The notes beneath the pieces are model-generated. The model saw only the letters and a program-made list of their open reading frames with translations, did not search any database and was not told the DNA's origin. A stretch of DNA of 64,000 nucleotides, taken from NCBI GenBank assembly GCA_050246755.1, contig JBFWVL010000001.1, forward strand, positions 1,440,001 to 1,504,000, in the 5' to 3' direction. Below, one piece after another: positions 18,197-27,392 of the stretch. The DNA comes from Bacteriovoracia bacterium (GTDB taxonomy: Bacteria; Bdellovibrionota; UBA1018; CAIPTA01). How positions within the stretch are numbered: position 1 is the stretch's first letter; each line of letters begins with the position of its first letter. The translations under genes and the position numbers were made by a program.

Positions 18197-19648
18197 ATGG
18201 CACTCAAATGGAAGGAAATTTCGCTCCTGCTCGAGGAAGCACGCCCCGTGCTGCTGGGCTCTGCTATGCAGAGAATCGTGCAAGTGCGGGAAGTGGCCGC
18301 CGGCGAGAGCTTCTATTTTCAGGGTTTTGGCGAGCTGGGGGGCTGGCGGCTTTGGAGCTGCCTGCAGCAGGATAATGCCTGCCTCGTATTTGCCGGGGAA
18401 GACTGGGATCTTGAGGCCCAGCCGGAGCCTTCCACCTTCGTGATGGTGCTGCGCAAGCATCTCGTGGGCCGCAAGATCACCGGCCTCGAGCAGGTGCATG
18501 GCGAGCGCATCGTGCTGCTACATTTCGACAATGAAATGTCCCTGCTCTTTGAGCTGCTCCCCAAACGCGCCAACTTGCTGCTCGTGGATTCCTGGGACCC
18601 TGCAAAGCGCACCGCTCGCTCCATCCAATCCTTCCGCACAATCTCGCTTGCCCCCGGCGCCATTCATAGCCTGCCTCCGGCGCCGCCTACTTTGTCGGAA
18701 GAGATTAGAACGTTCGGAGAAGCGGATCCCGGCGCGGCCTTTCCCTTTCACGAAGCGGTGGCCGAGAAGTATTGGAATTTGGTGCAGAAAAGCGGGCTCA
18801 CTTCTCACAAAAAACTTTGGCGCCAGGCCTGGAAGAGCCATAGCCGCAAAGTAAATTCGGCGCTCGAGAACGTGAAAAAAGATTTCAAGGAAGCCGAAGA
18901 GGCGGAGCTATTTCTTAAGCGCGGGATGGCGCTCGTGGCTCACCTCTATGAGCTCGGCCCGAAAAAATTTCCAAAAGAGAAAAAAATCGAGCTCGACGGA
19001 ATCGAAATCCCGCTCGACCCCTCGAAAACCTATTCCGACAATTCCGAAGCCTGCTTCAAGAAATCGAAAAAATTCACCCGCGCCGTGGGCGAGCTCGCGG
19101 GCCGGATCGAAACGCTCGAGAAGAAAGTGAACGAGCTCGCCAAAACGGCGGAGAAAATCGAAAAGGCCGCCACCGACGAAGAGCTCGATGCGCTCGCGCC
19201 GGAGTTCGAAAAAGAGGGCTTGCCCCTGCCGGAAAAATCCGACGGGAAAGAGGAAAAGGAACAAGCTTCCGCGAAGCCCTTCCTGGAATTTAAGTCCACC
19301 GATGGTTTCCGCATCCTCTGCGGACGCAACCAGGCCGAGAACCGCCGCGTTACTTTCCAGGAAGCAAAGGGCAACGATCTCTGGATGCACGCGAAGGGCT
19401 TACCCGGCGCCCACGTGGTGGTGAAGGGCCAAAAAAACAAAACCATTCCGCTCTCCACCCTGCTCGAGGCCGCGCAGCTTTGCCTCTATCATTCGAATAT
19501 TCGCAAAGGGAAATCCGCCGAGGTGGACTATACCCAGCGTAAACACGTGCGCGCGATCAAGGGAACGGTGGCGGAAGTTACCTATACGGGGAATAAGACG
19601 CTCTACCTGGATGCGGATCCCGAAGTGATGAAGAAGCTACTTAGCTGA
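18197..19648 (+). CDS. rqcH: NFACT family protein (RqcH/Rqc2 homolog)
   Basis: NFACT-N FVMVLRKHL...GERIV...FELLPKRANLLLVD; coiled coil; NFACT-R DGFRILCGRN...DLWMHAKGLPGAHVVV. Confidence 0.9.
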   Translation: MALKWKEISLLLEEARPVLLGSAMQRIVQVREVAAGESFYFQGFGELGGWRLWSCLQQDNACLVFAGEDWDLEAQPEPSTFVMVLRKHLVGRKITGLEQVHGERIVLLHFDNEMSLLFELLPKRANLLLVDSWDPAKRTARSIQSFRTISLAPGAIHSLPPAPPTLSEEIRTFGEADPGAAFPFHEAVAEKYWNLVQKSGLTSHKKLWRQAWKSHSRKVNSALENVKKDFKEAEEAELFLKRGMALVAHLYELGPKKFPKEKKIELDGIEIPLDPSKTYSDNSEACFKKSKKFTRAVGELAGRIETLEKKVNELAKTAEKIEKAATDEELDALAPEFEKEGLPLPEKSDGKEEKEQASAKPFLEFKSTDGFRILCGRNQAENRRVTFQEAKGNDLWMHAKGLPGAHVVVKGQKNKTIPLSTLLEAAQLCLYHSNIRKGKSAEVDYTQRKHVRAIKGTVAEVTYTGNKTLYLDADPEVMKKLLS

Positions 19649-20866
19649 GGTAACCAGCGCTACTGCCTGCTCGCGCGTGGCGATCTTCTCGTTCAGCTGC
19701 TCACGGCGAACCATAGCCAATAGTTCTTTGATCTTTGGCCCCGCCGGAATACCGAGTTCCAGCAAATCTTGCCCGCGCAGCAGCGCCGGTGGATCCAAGC
19801 GCCCAGATTTCTCCGCTTCGGCCCTTTCGATCGGCAAGCGAGCCAGCCAAGGCAGCGCCGCTTCGTTCTGGGCGGTGAGAAGAGTCCAGGCGTATTTGAA
19901 ATAGGGCGAGGCAAGGGCGGTTTTCCGGTCGGCGAGCTCGAGCTTGGAATAGGCCGTGAGGCGGGTGATCTCGTCGGGCAGAGCGCGGATCATCGCCTTC
20001 ATCTCTTTGGGCAGTACGAAGAGCTTTTCTAAATCTTCGCCAGAAACCCAGAGTCCGATCCCGGCGTAGAACAAACCCATCGGCGGGGCTTCGTGAAAGC
20101 CGGCCGTGAAGGTAGGCCCGAGTTCCCCGAGACGCGTAAGCACCGAGGCTTCCGGCTCTATCGTGCCGAATACATGGGACCATAATCCCGTTTCTACTAG
20201 TCCTGCCAATCCCAGCATGGGCTGGCCCGAGGCGAAGATACGGTCCATTTCCTGGGTGATGCGTTCCCGGCTCACGAGCGAAAGCCTTCCCGACTGGGCG
20301 CGGATCGCGCTCACGATGCCGGGGCCCAACTGAAAATCCAGCTGGGCCTGGAAACGAATTGTCCGGAGCATTCTCAGCGCATCTTCCTGGAACCGCGCCG
20401 CGGGATCGCCCACGCAGCGGATGATCCGCGCTTCGATATCGGGGAGGCCGTTCACGTAGTCGATCACTTCTCCGGCGGCGGGATCGTAAAACAAGGCGTT
20501 GATCGTGAAATCACGGCGTTTCGCGTCTTCCTCAGGGTTTGTGAACGAAACTTCGGTAGGGTGGCGTCCGTCGGTATAGGCGCCGTCGGTGCGGAAGCGG
20601 GCGATTTCCACGGGGCCGGCGTCCGTAACCACCACCATGATGCCGAACTGTTTGCCTACGTCGAGGGTTTTGGGGAAGAGCGAGGCGATCTCCTCCGGGC
20701 TAGCCTCCGAAACGAGGTCGAAATCCTTGGGGCTAACTCCCAAAAAGAGATCCCGCACGGCTCCTCCGGCCACGAAAGCGCGCCGGCCGGCCCCCTGCAA
20801 TCGCAGGATAATTTCTTTCACATGGGGCGGCAATTGGTGGTACCAATCCACTCGATGACTACGCAT
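19637..20866 (-). CDS. cca: CCA-adding tRNA nucleotidyltransferase (class II)
   Basis: VAGGAVRD...PKDFDL, DAKRRDFTINAL, EDALRMLR, SRERI. Confidence 0.88.
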   Translation of the reverse strand: MRSHRVDWYHQLPPHVKEIILRLQGAGRRAFVAGGAVRDLFLGVSPKDFDLVSEASPEEIASLFPKTLDVGKQFGIMVVVTDAGPVEIARFRTDGAYTDGRHPTEVSFTNPEEDAKRRDFTINALFYDPAAGEVIDYVNGLPDIEARIIRCVGDPAARFQEDALRMLRTIRFQAQLDFQLGPGIVSAIRAQSGRLSLVSRERITQEMDRIFASGQPMLGLAGLVETGLWSHVFGTIEPEASVLTRLGELGPTFTAGFHEAPPMGLFYAGIGLWVSGEDLEKLFVLPKEMKAMIRALPDEITRLTAYSKLELADRKTALASPYFKYAWTLLTAQNEAALPWLARLPIERAEAEKSGRLDPPALLRGQDLLELGIPAGPKIKELLAMVRREQLNEKIATREQAVALVTSAK

Positions 20867-22087
20867 ACCAATTCTTTACCATGCATCGGCCTAAACCGTT
20901 ACGCCCAAGAGCGCGCCAAGAAGAAGCACCCCTGGGTGTTTTCCAACGAAATCCAAGATATGAAGCACGCGCAGAAACTCCCGCCGGGATCCCTGGTGGA
21001 CGTGCTGGATTGCCACGGTGGCTATATCGGCACCGGCTTTGTGAACCCGAAATCCTTGATCACCGTGCGCCTCCTCACCCGCGAACGCGGCGAAGCCATC
21101 GATGCTGATTTCTTCCGCAACCGCATCGAAGCGGCCCTTCGCACCCGCGAGCCCCTCTACGGGAAAAAATCCACCTCCGCCGGAACCTACCGCGCCGTAT
21201 TCGGCGAGAGCGACGGCCTTCCCGGCCTCGTGATCGACCGCTTCCAGGGCGCCTGGGTAGTGGAGCCCCATGCCTTCGGCATGTTTGCCCGAAAAAAAGA
21301 AATCATCGAAGCCCTCCGTGAGCTCGCCGGCAAAGACGCGATCGTATTCCGCACCGACCACCGCTCCGCCCAGCTCGAGGGTATGGCCGTGGAATCCGAG
21401 CTTGTGCACGGCGAGATTCCCAAATCCGGCGTATTCGCCGTCGAGGACGGAATCCGTTTTCCCGTGGACCCTCTCAAGGGCCAGAAAACCGGTTTCTTCT
21501 TCGACCAACGCGAGAACCGCGCATTCTTCCGCAACTATATCGAAGGCGCCGCCCGCGAAGGCAAGCAAGTGCAGATCGCCGATCTCTTCTGCCACCTCGG
21601 TGCCTGGGGACTCCGTTCCCTAAAAGCCGGTGCTGCACATGTGACTTTCGTGGATAGCTCGGGCCCGGCGCTCGACGCCGTGAGAGCCGCCGCTAAGGAG
21701 CTCGGAGTTTTGGATAAAGCCGACTTCGTGGAGAGCGACGTGCTCACTTTCCTCAAGGCACAAAAAGCCGGCGCTTGCGGCGCGCTGGTGGTGGATCCTC
21801 CCGCGCTGGTGCCTTCCAAAAAAGACGTGGCCGCCGGTTCCAAAGCCTACCGCGAGCTCAACGCCCAGGCTTTTCGCATCGTGCGCCAGGGCGGAGTGGT
21901 ATCGAGCTCGAGCTGCTCCTACCATATGCCCGAAGAGCGCTTCGAAGAGGTGCTCGCGAAAGCCGCCCTCGATTCGAATCGCGAAGCGAAGGTGATCTAC
22001 CGCGGTGGCATGAGCGCCGATCATCCTTTCCTTCCCGGAATGGAAGAGGGCCGTTACCTTAAGAATTTATTTTTGGTGGCGAAGTAG
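20855..22087 (+). CDS. RlmI-like rRNA m5C methyltransferase
   Basis: HPWVFSNEI PUA domain, ESDGLPGLVIDR, GQKTGFFFDQRENR, VDPP, SSCS; the N-terminal extension in the ORF track overlaps cca and was trimmed. Confidence 0.9.
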   Translation: MTTHTNSLPCIGLNRYAQERAKKKHPWVFSNEIQDMKHAQKLPPGSLVDVLDCHGGYIGTGFVNPKSLITVRLLTRERGEAIDADFFRNRIEAALRTREPLYGKKSTSAGTYRAVFGESDGLPGLVIDRFQGAWVVEPHAFGMFARKKEIIEALRELAGKDAIVFRTDHRSAQLEGMAVESELVHGEIPKSGVFAVEDGIRFPVDPLKGQKTGFFFDQRENRAFFRNYIEGAAREGKQVQIADLFCHLGAWGLRSLKAGAAHVTFVDSSGPALDAVRAAAKELGVLDKADFVESDVLTFLKAQKAGACGALVVDPPALVPSKKDVAAGSKAYRELNAQAFRIVRQGGVVSSSSCSYHMPEERFEEVLAKAALDSNREAKVIYRGGMSADHPFLPGMEEGRYLKNLFLVAK

Positions 22088-22103
22088 GTTACGCTATCGC
22101 CAT

Positions 22104-22640
22104 ATGCGTCTCTCTCTGCTTATTTGCCTTTTGCTGCTTGGCTGCACGGCCAAGCCCAAAGAACCACCTAAACCCCCAAGGGTGGGCTGCACGATCGTAC
22201 GCAAGGCGATTCCTGAGCCCAGCACTTCCGGCGACGCTGAAATGTCCACGATGAAGGATCCTTCCGATCCCCGCTATAAACCCCTAGATCTGATCCGCTG
22301 GAATCCGCAGCTAGACTTGAAGCAGCGGGAGGAGCTGATGAGCCTATATCGGCACACCCAAGTAGAAGTAGACCGGATTGATGGCGAAATGGCGAAGATT
22401 AAGGGTGAATACTTCCGGGCGGTGGTTACGCCCGCACGGGATGAGGCGAAGGCCAAAGAGTTGCGACTCAAGTTGGCGGAATTGAATCAAAGCCGACTCA
22501 ACGCCTCGTTAAATATGATCGATTTCATCGAGGTGGTGATCGGGAAGAGTGGGGGCGTGGATCGCGACTCCATCCAAAGGGCCTTGCTGCGCGAGGAGCG
22601 CCGCCTGGACGAGCTGGAAAAGATACGATGCGAGCCCTAA
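22104..22640 (+). CDS. Lipoprotein with a helical Spy/CpxP/ZraP-like region
   Basis: LLLLGC lipobox; QLDLKQREELMSL...AKELRLKLAEL helical pattern. Confidence 0.6.
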   Translation: MRLSLLICLLLLGCTAKPKEPPKPPRVGCTIVRKAIPEPSTSGDAEMSTMKDPSDPRYKPLDLIRWNPQLDLKQREELMSLYRHTQVEVDRIDGEMAKIKGEYFRAVVTPARDEAKAKELRLKLAELNQSRLNASLNMIDFIEVVIGKSGGVDRDSIQRALLREERRLDELEKIRCEP

Positions 22641-23689
22641 GTATTCTGCTGCTCCTTCTCACGGTCGGTTTTTCGCCGGTGGCGGAGGCGAAGGGCGGAG
22701 ATGTGAACCTGATCAACTGCTCGATCTTCGATTCTTCGGGAAAACTCCTGAAGATGTACCGGGCTTGGCTCTGCGCTTTTTTTCCGAATGGAAAAATGCT
22801 GCTCGGGGATGGCGCCACTCTCACGTTCTACGACCAGAAGATGAATATCGTGTGGGCGAAAGACATGCACGTGCATGGGTCCATTACGTATTCTGAGGCC
22901 GACGACACGGCGCTGTTGCAGGTTTCTCACGTGCTGCCCGGCGATCTGCGCGGGGATCGGCTGGAGGTCTACGACCAAGAAGGAAAGCTGATCAAGCACT
23001 TCAACTTTACTTCGAAGCATGCGTTCAAGCCGCAAGAGTTCAACTACGATCGTTTCATGCTTCCTTCCCGCGTGAAGGAAGAAGTGCACCACGTATGGTC
23101 TTTTTACCGGATCGGGCGTAATCGCTCGAAGCTCCCTTTCCTTCGCGAGGGAAACTACGTGGTGGCGGATGCATTCGGCGTGATTTATTTTTTGGATAGC
23201 AAGCTGCAGAAAATCGTCCACACGATTCATAATCATAAATTGGGGATAAGCAATTTGCGTGACGTGCAGGTTACGGAGCGCGGGAACTTGCTAGCGTATA
23301 ATAGCGGAAACGTAGACGCGCAGGGGCAGCCGTATTCTTCGCTCGACGAAATTAACCCTACGACCGGAAAATTCATTTGGCGCTATATCGCCAGTCCCCC
23401 TACTTCTTTTTATGGACCTAGTGAAGGGAATGTGCAGGAGCTCCCCAACGGAAATTTTTTGTATAGTTTGGTGATGGACGAGCGTAAGGGCAAAGAGCGG
23501 CGGCACGTTCCGCAGGAGGAGCTGGAACCCTGGATGCTCATTCAGGGCGGGCACCAATCGATCGAGATCACGCGGGATGGAAAAGAAGTCTGGAAGATGA
23601 TCTCGCACGACGATGATCTCTCCGGGAAGCCTAACGTGGTGAAGCGGCAGAATTTAGACAAGTATTTCAGCCGAAAAAAGAGATACTAG
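22628..23689 (+). CDS. Exported beta-propeller protein, arylsulfotransferase-like
   Basis: Signal peptide; EINPTTGKFIWRY, GNVQELPNGNFL, IEITRDGKEVW repeats. Confidence 0.65.
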   Translation: MRALSILLLLLTVGFSPVAEAKGGDVNLINCSIFDSSGKLLKMYRAWLCAFFPNGKMLLGDGATLTFYDQKMNIVWAKDMHVHGSITYSEADDTALLQVSHVLPGDLRGDRLEVYDQEGKLIKHFNFTSKHAFKPQEFNYDRFMLPSRVKEEVHHVWSFYRIGRNRSKLPFLREGNYVVADAFGVIYFLDSKLQKIVHTIHNHKLGISNLRDVQVTERGNLLAYNSGNVDAQGQPYSSLDEINPTTGKFIWRYIASPPTSFYGPSEGNVQELPNGNFLYSLVMDERKGKERRHVPQEELEPWMLIQGGHQSIEITRDGKEVWKMISHDDDLSGKPNVVKRQNLDKYFSRKKRY

Positions 23690-23708
23690 CCGCCAGGACA
23701 ATTTTCCC

Positions 23709-25154
23709 ATGAGCCAAAAGAATATTCTCAGGGTGTGGTTGGCGGCGCTGGTGGGCGCGCACGTGTGGACGCACGATTTTGTCTACCGTGGCCTGCTCGT
23801 GATTTGTGGGGACAGCGATTACTACCTTCACCTATCGAAGCATCTCGGCGGACCTTCGCCGGACCGGCCCATGGGTCTTCCATTTTTTTTGGCGGCGGTA
23901 GCCGGCGTGGCCGAGCGGGTGCATATTTCCTTGGTTTCTCTCTTGGCAGTAGCGGTTCATGGGCTGGCAATTCTCGCGGCCTATGCCTGGGCAAATACCG
24001 CCAGCAGGGGCGTACGGTCGGACCGAATTTTCTTTGCCGCTCTCGGCGTGGCCACGGCAATTCAGTTTTTTCCTCTATTATTGCTGATGCACTCCGCGCT
24101 GTTGATGCCGGATTCGCTGGCCCTAAGTGCGTTAGTCTTGATTCTTTGCGGAATTAGTCGCTCAAAGCCCGGGATTCGTTCTTTGGGCTGGGCTTTTCTC
24201 GCCGGAGTGTTTGCGTTGCTGCGAAGCGGACAGCTAGCGCACGCGTTGTTGATTTCTTTTTTTCTTTGCTGGCAGATCTGGAGCTTCGAAGGGGCGAAGG
24301 GGAAGCGCGCGATTTTACTTTGCGGGGTGGTGCTGAGCGCAGCGCTGCCGATTTTTCTTTATCACGAATATAATTTTAGGCAGCTCGGCGCGCGGAATTT
24401 CGGATTTATCGGCGGAAGAACAACGCTGAGTCATATCGCGAAGGGAGCGAGTTGCGAAGAGTTGATGGAGATTGCCGGCACGGCGCAAGAGCGGGAATTA
24501 ATGAAGCAGCAATGCCGGCCCGAGGAAATGAGCAAGGCGGAAGAATACCAGTTGCTTTGGGATTCGGGGAGCTTGTTTGGCCGGATCGACGAGGCCCTCA
24601 AGGAAACTCGGGCCCAGAGTAACGAGCGCTACGAAAGATGGGCTGGGCGTGCGCTCTACCTTTTTCCCGGCAAAGCAATTGCGGCGGCGTATTCTAACTT
24701 GAACGAAAGCATGCGCCGGCCTGTTTCCTATAACTTCAAACTGGCGGCGCCCGTAGAGCTCACGGAAACCTGCAGCCTGTTCACGTGGCACCTATGGAAG
24801 ATGGCTCCTCGTGATTTTATGCGCGAAATGGGGGAGTACCAGCGGCAAAATTCTGGGTTCTTCAGGGTATTTGATTCTTTTAATGAGTGGGCGGCCCGCG
24901 CCGTTACTATCTTTTCTTTAGTATTTCTCGCCTGGCCACTTTTCTATGGTTTCACTCCGATGCGCGAGGAGCCGGTGCTGGCGCTGAGCTATGCTCTAGC
25001 TTGGACCCAGCTCCTGATCACTTCTTTCGGCGTATATTACTTTACCCGGCATCATCTGTTTTTTTGCGCGCTTTCGTTCTTCCAGTTTTCGCTGCTGCTG
25101 AATGCTATTGCACGGCTGCCGAAACGCCCGCAGGAGTCGCAATATAAGAAATAG
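23709..25154 (+). CDS. Polytopic membrane protein, possible GT-C-fold glycosyltransferase
   Basis: About 10 TM helices; GDSDYYL...DRPMGLPFFL first loop; LMPDSL; large periplasmic loop. Confidence 0.6.
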   Translation: MSQKNILRVWLAALVGAHVWTHDFVYRGLLVICGDSDYYLHLSKHLGGPSPDRPMGLPFFLAAVAGVAERVHISLVSLLAVAVHGLAILAAYAWANTASRGVRSDRIFFAALGVATAIQFFPLLLLMHSALLMPDSLALSALVLILCGISRSKPGIRSLGWAFLAGVFALLRSGQLAHALLISFFLCWQIWSFEGAKGKRAILLCGVVLSAALPIFLYHEYNFRQLGARNFGFIGGRTTLSHIAKGASCEELMEIAGTAQERELMKQQCRPEEMSKAEEYQLLWDSGSLFGRIDEALKETRAQSNERYERWAGRALYLFPGKAIAAAYSNLNESMRRPVSYNFKLAAPVELTETCSLFTWHLWKMAPRDFMREMGEYQRQNSGFFRVFDSFNEWAARAVTIFSLVFLAWPLFYGFTPMREEPVLALSYALAWTQLLITSFGVYYFTRHHLFFCALSFFQFSLLLNAIARLPKRPQESQYKK

Positions 25155-26916
25155 AACCGAGCGCATTCACCACTTTTCCGGTGGTGGATTTTGCGGAGAG
25201 AGCGGCGGCGGTAGTTCCCCCGGCTTTAATGGAGGCGACCACGTCGGCGGCGGTATAGCTGGGATTATAGGCATACACGAGGGCGGCGAGGCCGGCTACG
25301 GTGGGGGTCGCCATTGAGGTGCCGTTGATGGTGTTGTAGGTCGTGTTATCGAGCACTAGCTTTTTCAGATTGAATTCGAGAATGCCCACGCCGTAGCCCA
25401 CTACGCTGGCGTTCGAGGTGAGTTGAAATCCGATATTGCACTGGTTGGTGCGGCAAGCATCGAGATCGTAGCTGTAGCTTTGGGCGGTGGTGCCGGTATT
25501 TCCGCTGAGCTGATCGAGCTGAGTTCCGCCGCCGGCGAATGGGTCGGTACCGGTACTGTCGATCATGAGATTGAAATAATCGGTGCTCGCCTCGGTATTG
25601 AGGAAGGCGTAGTAGGAGAGCACGGCGGCGCTGGCGCCGGATAAGTCGAATTGTTTATATACCTGCGCATCGAGGTTGTTGGCGTAGGTTGTGGAAGTTC
25701 CATTCCAGGTGGCGGGGTTCGTGAGCATGTCGTAGGTGGTGCCGGAGAGCGAGACGGAATTGTGGGTCCAGGTGGCGTCGTTACTGGTCCAGCCGGTGGC
25801 GAAGGTATCGGTGGTATTGGTTTCGGTACCGTTCCAGGTGCTTAGGATATTCGTGCCGGGGGCGCCTACGTCGACGCTCGAGTAGCCGTAGTTGCTGAAG
25901 CTGGCGAGAGAAAAAGATTGGTCGAGCGCGGCCACGCAGATGAGGTTGGCGGTGGTGTAGTTACAGGGGTAAACGGCATTGCCGGAAGAGTCGTTATTGG
26001 TGCCGTCGTTGCCGGCGGCCACCACGATCACGATGCCTGCGTTGCTGGCGGTGGTGAGGGCGGTATTAAAGGCTGCATCGTAGCTTGACCCACCGAGGCT
26101 CATGTTGATCACTTTCGCGCCTTCGGTGCGGGCGAAGTCCACGCCGAGCACGATGTCGGCGGTGGTGCCGGAGCCAAGGGCGTCGAGCACGCGCACGGCC
26201 ATGATGCTGGCGGTCCAGCAGACGCCGGTAGTGCCCACACCATTATTGCCGATGGCGCCGATGGTGCCGGCCACGTGGGTGCCGTGACCGTGGTAATCCA
26301 TAGGATCATCGTTGGAGTTTACGAAATTATAGCCGTGGTTCGGATAGGTAATGCCCCCGTCCCACATATTAGTGGCGAGGTCGTCGTGGTTATAGTTCAC
26401 GCCCGTATCGAGAACGGCCACGGTAATTGAGCTACAATCGGTGGTGACGCTCCAGGCGGCTTCGGCGCCGATGTCTTTGCCGGAAGTACCCGGGTTGTGG
26501 GAGGTATAAGTTCCGCCCGCCACGGTTTGGCCGGTATTCTTGAGTCCCCAGAGAGAAGAGTAGGAGGTGTCGTTGGGCACCGAGCTGATGTGATAAATAA
26601 AATTAGGTTGGGCAAACTCCACGTCGCCATCGCGATTGAGCTGGGCCACCGTGTCTTCCACATTCTGGCCGGCCGCGAGTTTCATTTTCACCAGCCCGGA
26701 CTGCCCCAGGGTTTCGGCGGAGGCTACCCCATAGCGGGCGCGTAGGCTATTGCGGGCGGAAAGAGTGCTGATGCGGCTCGCGGGCTTCACGAGAACTTCG
26801 CCTGGTTTATAGGATTGTTTGTTCTGGTTTGCCCAAGGGCGAACGCGGGTTCCGGCGGCCGGCAGGATGGCTAAGCAGGAGACGGCAAGAAGAAGGGTGC
26901 GAAAATACTTTTTCAT
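25105..26916 (-). CDS. Secreted S8 subtilase with an inserted beta-rich domain
   Basis: AVLDTG, HGTHVAG, AAGND and GTSMATP; roughly 165-aa Ser/Thr-rich insert before the catalytic Ser. Confidence 0.93.
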   Translation of the reverse strand: MKKYFRTLLLAVSCLAILPAAGTRVRPWANQNKQSYKPGEVLVKPASRISTLSARNSLRARYGVASAETLGQSGLVKMKLAAGQNVEDTVAQLNRDGDVEFAQPNFIYHISSVPNDTSYSSLWGLKNTGQTVAGGTYTSHNPGTSGKDIGAEAAWSVTTDCSSITVAVLDTGVNYNHDDLATNMWDGGITYPNHGYNFVNSNDDPMDYHGHGTHVAGTIGAIGNNGVGTTGVCWTASIMAVRVLDALGSGTTADIVLGVDFARTEGAKVINMSLGGSSYDAAFNTALTTASNAGIVIVVAAGNDGTNNDSSGNAVYPCNYTTANLICVAALDQSFSLASFSNYGYSSVDVGAPGTNILSTWNGTETNTTDTFATGWTSNDATWTHNSVSLSGTTYDMLTNPATWNGTSTTYANNLDAQVYKQFDLSGASAAVLSYYAFLNTEASTDYFNLMIDSTGTDPFAGGGTQLDQLSGNTGTTAQSYSYDLDACRTNQCNIGFQLTSNASVVGYGVGILEFNLKKLVLDNTTYNTINGTSMATPTVAGLAALVYAYNPSYTAADVVASIKAGGTTAAALSAKSTTGKVVNALGSISYIATPAGVSAAVQ

Positions 26917-27332
26917 AGCGCGGGCACCACGAGGCTGATTTGGGTAGAAGCCGTGCTGAGAGGATTGAGCGCGGAGTAAGCGGCCACGCGAATATAGTAG
27001 GTGCCAGGTACGAGCGAAAGGGTCGTGGAGGTGGGCGCGGATGCGCCGGAAACATAGGGAACTTCCACGAGGTTACCGGCAGACACGACGAAGCCAGAAG
27101 TAGAGCTATAGTAAACTTTGTAACCGCCGCCCGCGCTATTTACGGCGGTTTCGCGGTTGGCGGTCCAGCTGACGAGCACGGAGCGAGGAGTGGGACCGGG
27201 CCTGGGCGTGGGAGTGACGTTCACTTTTGCGCTTTGCTGGGGCATCTTGCAGGCGGTAACTAAAAATACGAGCGCGAGTAGGCTCAGCAGAGCGTACGGA
27301 AAATTTTGCGTGTATTTTACGCGAGGTTTCAC
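26913..27332 (-). CDS. Lipoprotein with an FN3-like domain
   Basis: LVTAC lipobox; LVSWTA...GYKVYYS...GTYYIRVAAY; 4-nt overlap with the S8 gene. Confidence 0.8.
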   Translation of the reverse strand: MKPRVKYTQNFPYALLSLLALVFLVTACKMPQQSAKVNVTPTPRPGPTPRSVLVSWTANRETAVNSAGGGYKVYYSSTSGFVVSAGNLVEVPYVSGASAPTSTTLSLVPGTYYIRVAAYSALNPLSTASTQISLVVPAL

Positions 27333-27392
27333 ACCTGCCTTTCGGTTTTATTCCGGTAAATATTAGAAAAACGGAAGAATAGCGGTAGCGGG

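Noticed and set aside
20561-20854. N-terminal extension of the rlmI-like ORF (similarly 18140-18196, 35761-35922, 62864-63019, 63657-63734)
   Set aside because: These come from upstream alternative start codons overlapping neighbouring genes or promoters; the recognisable domain or signal peptide starts later.
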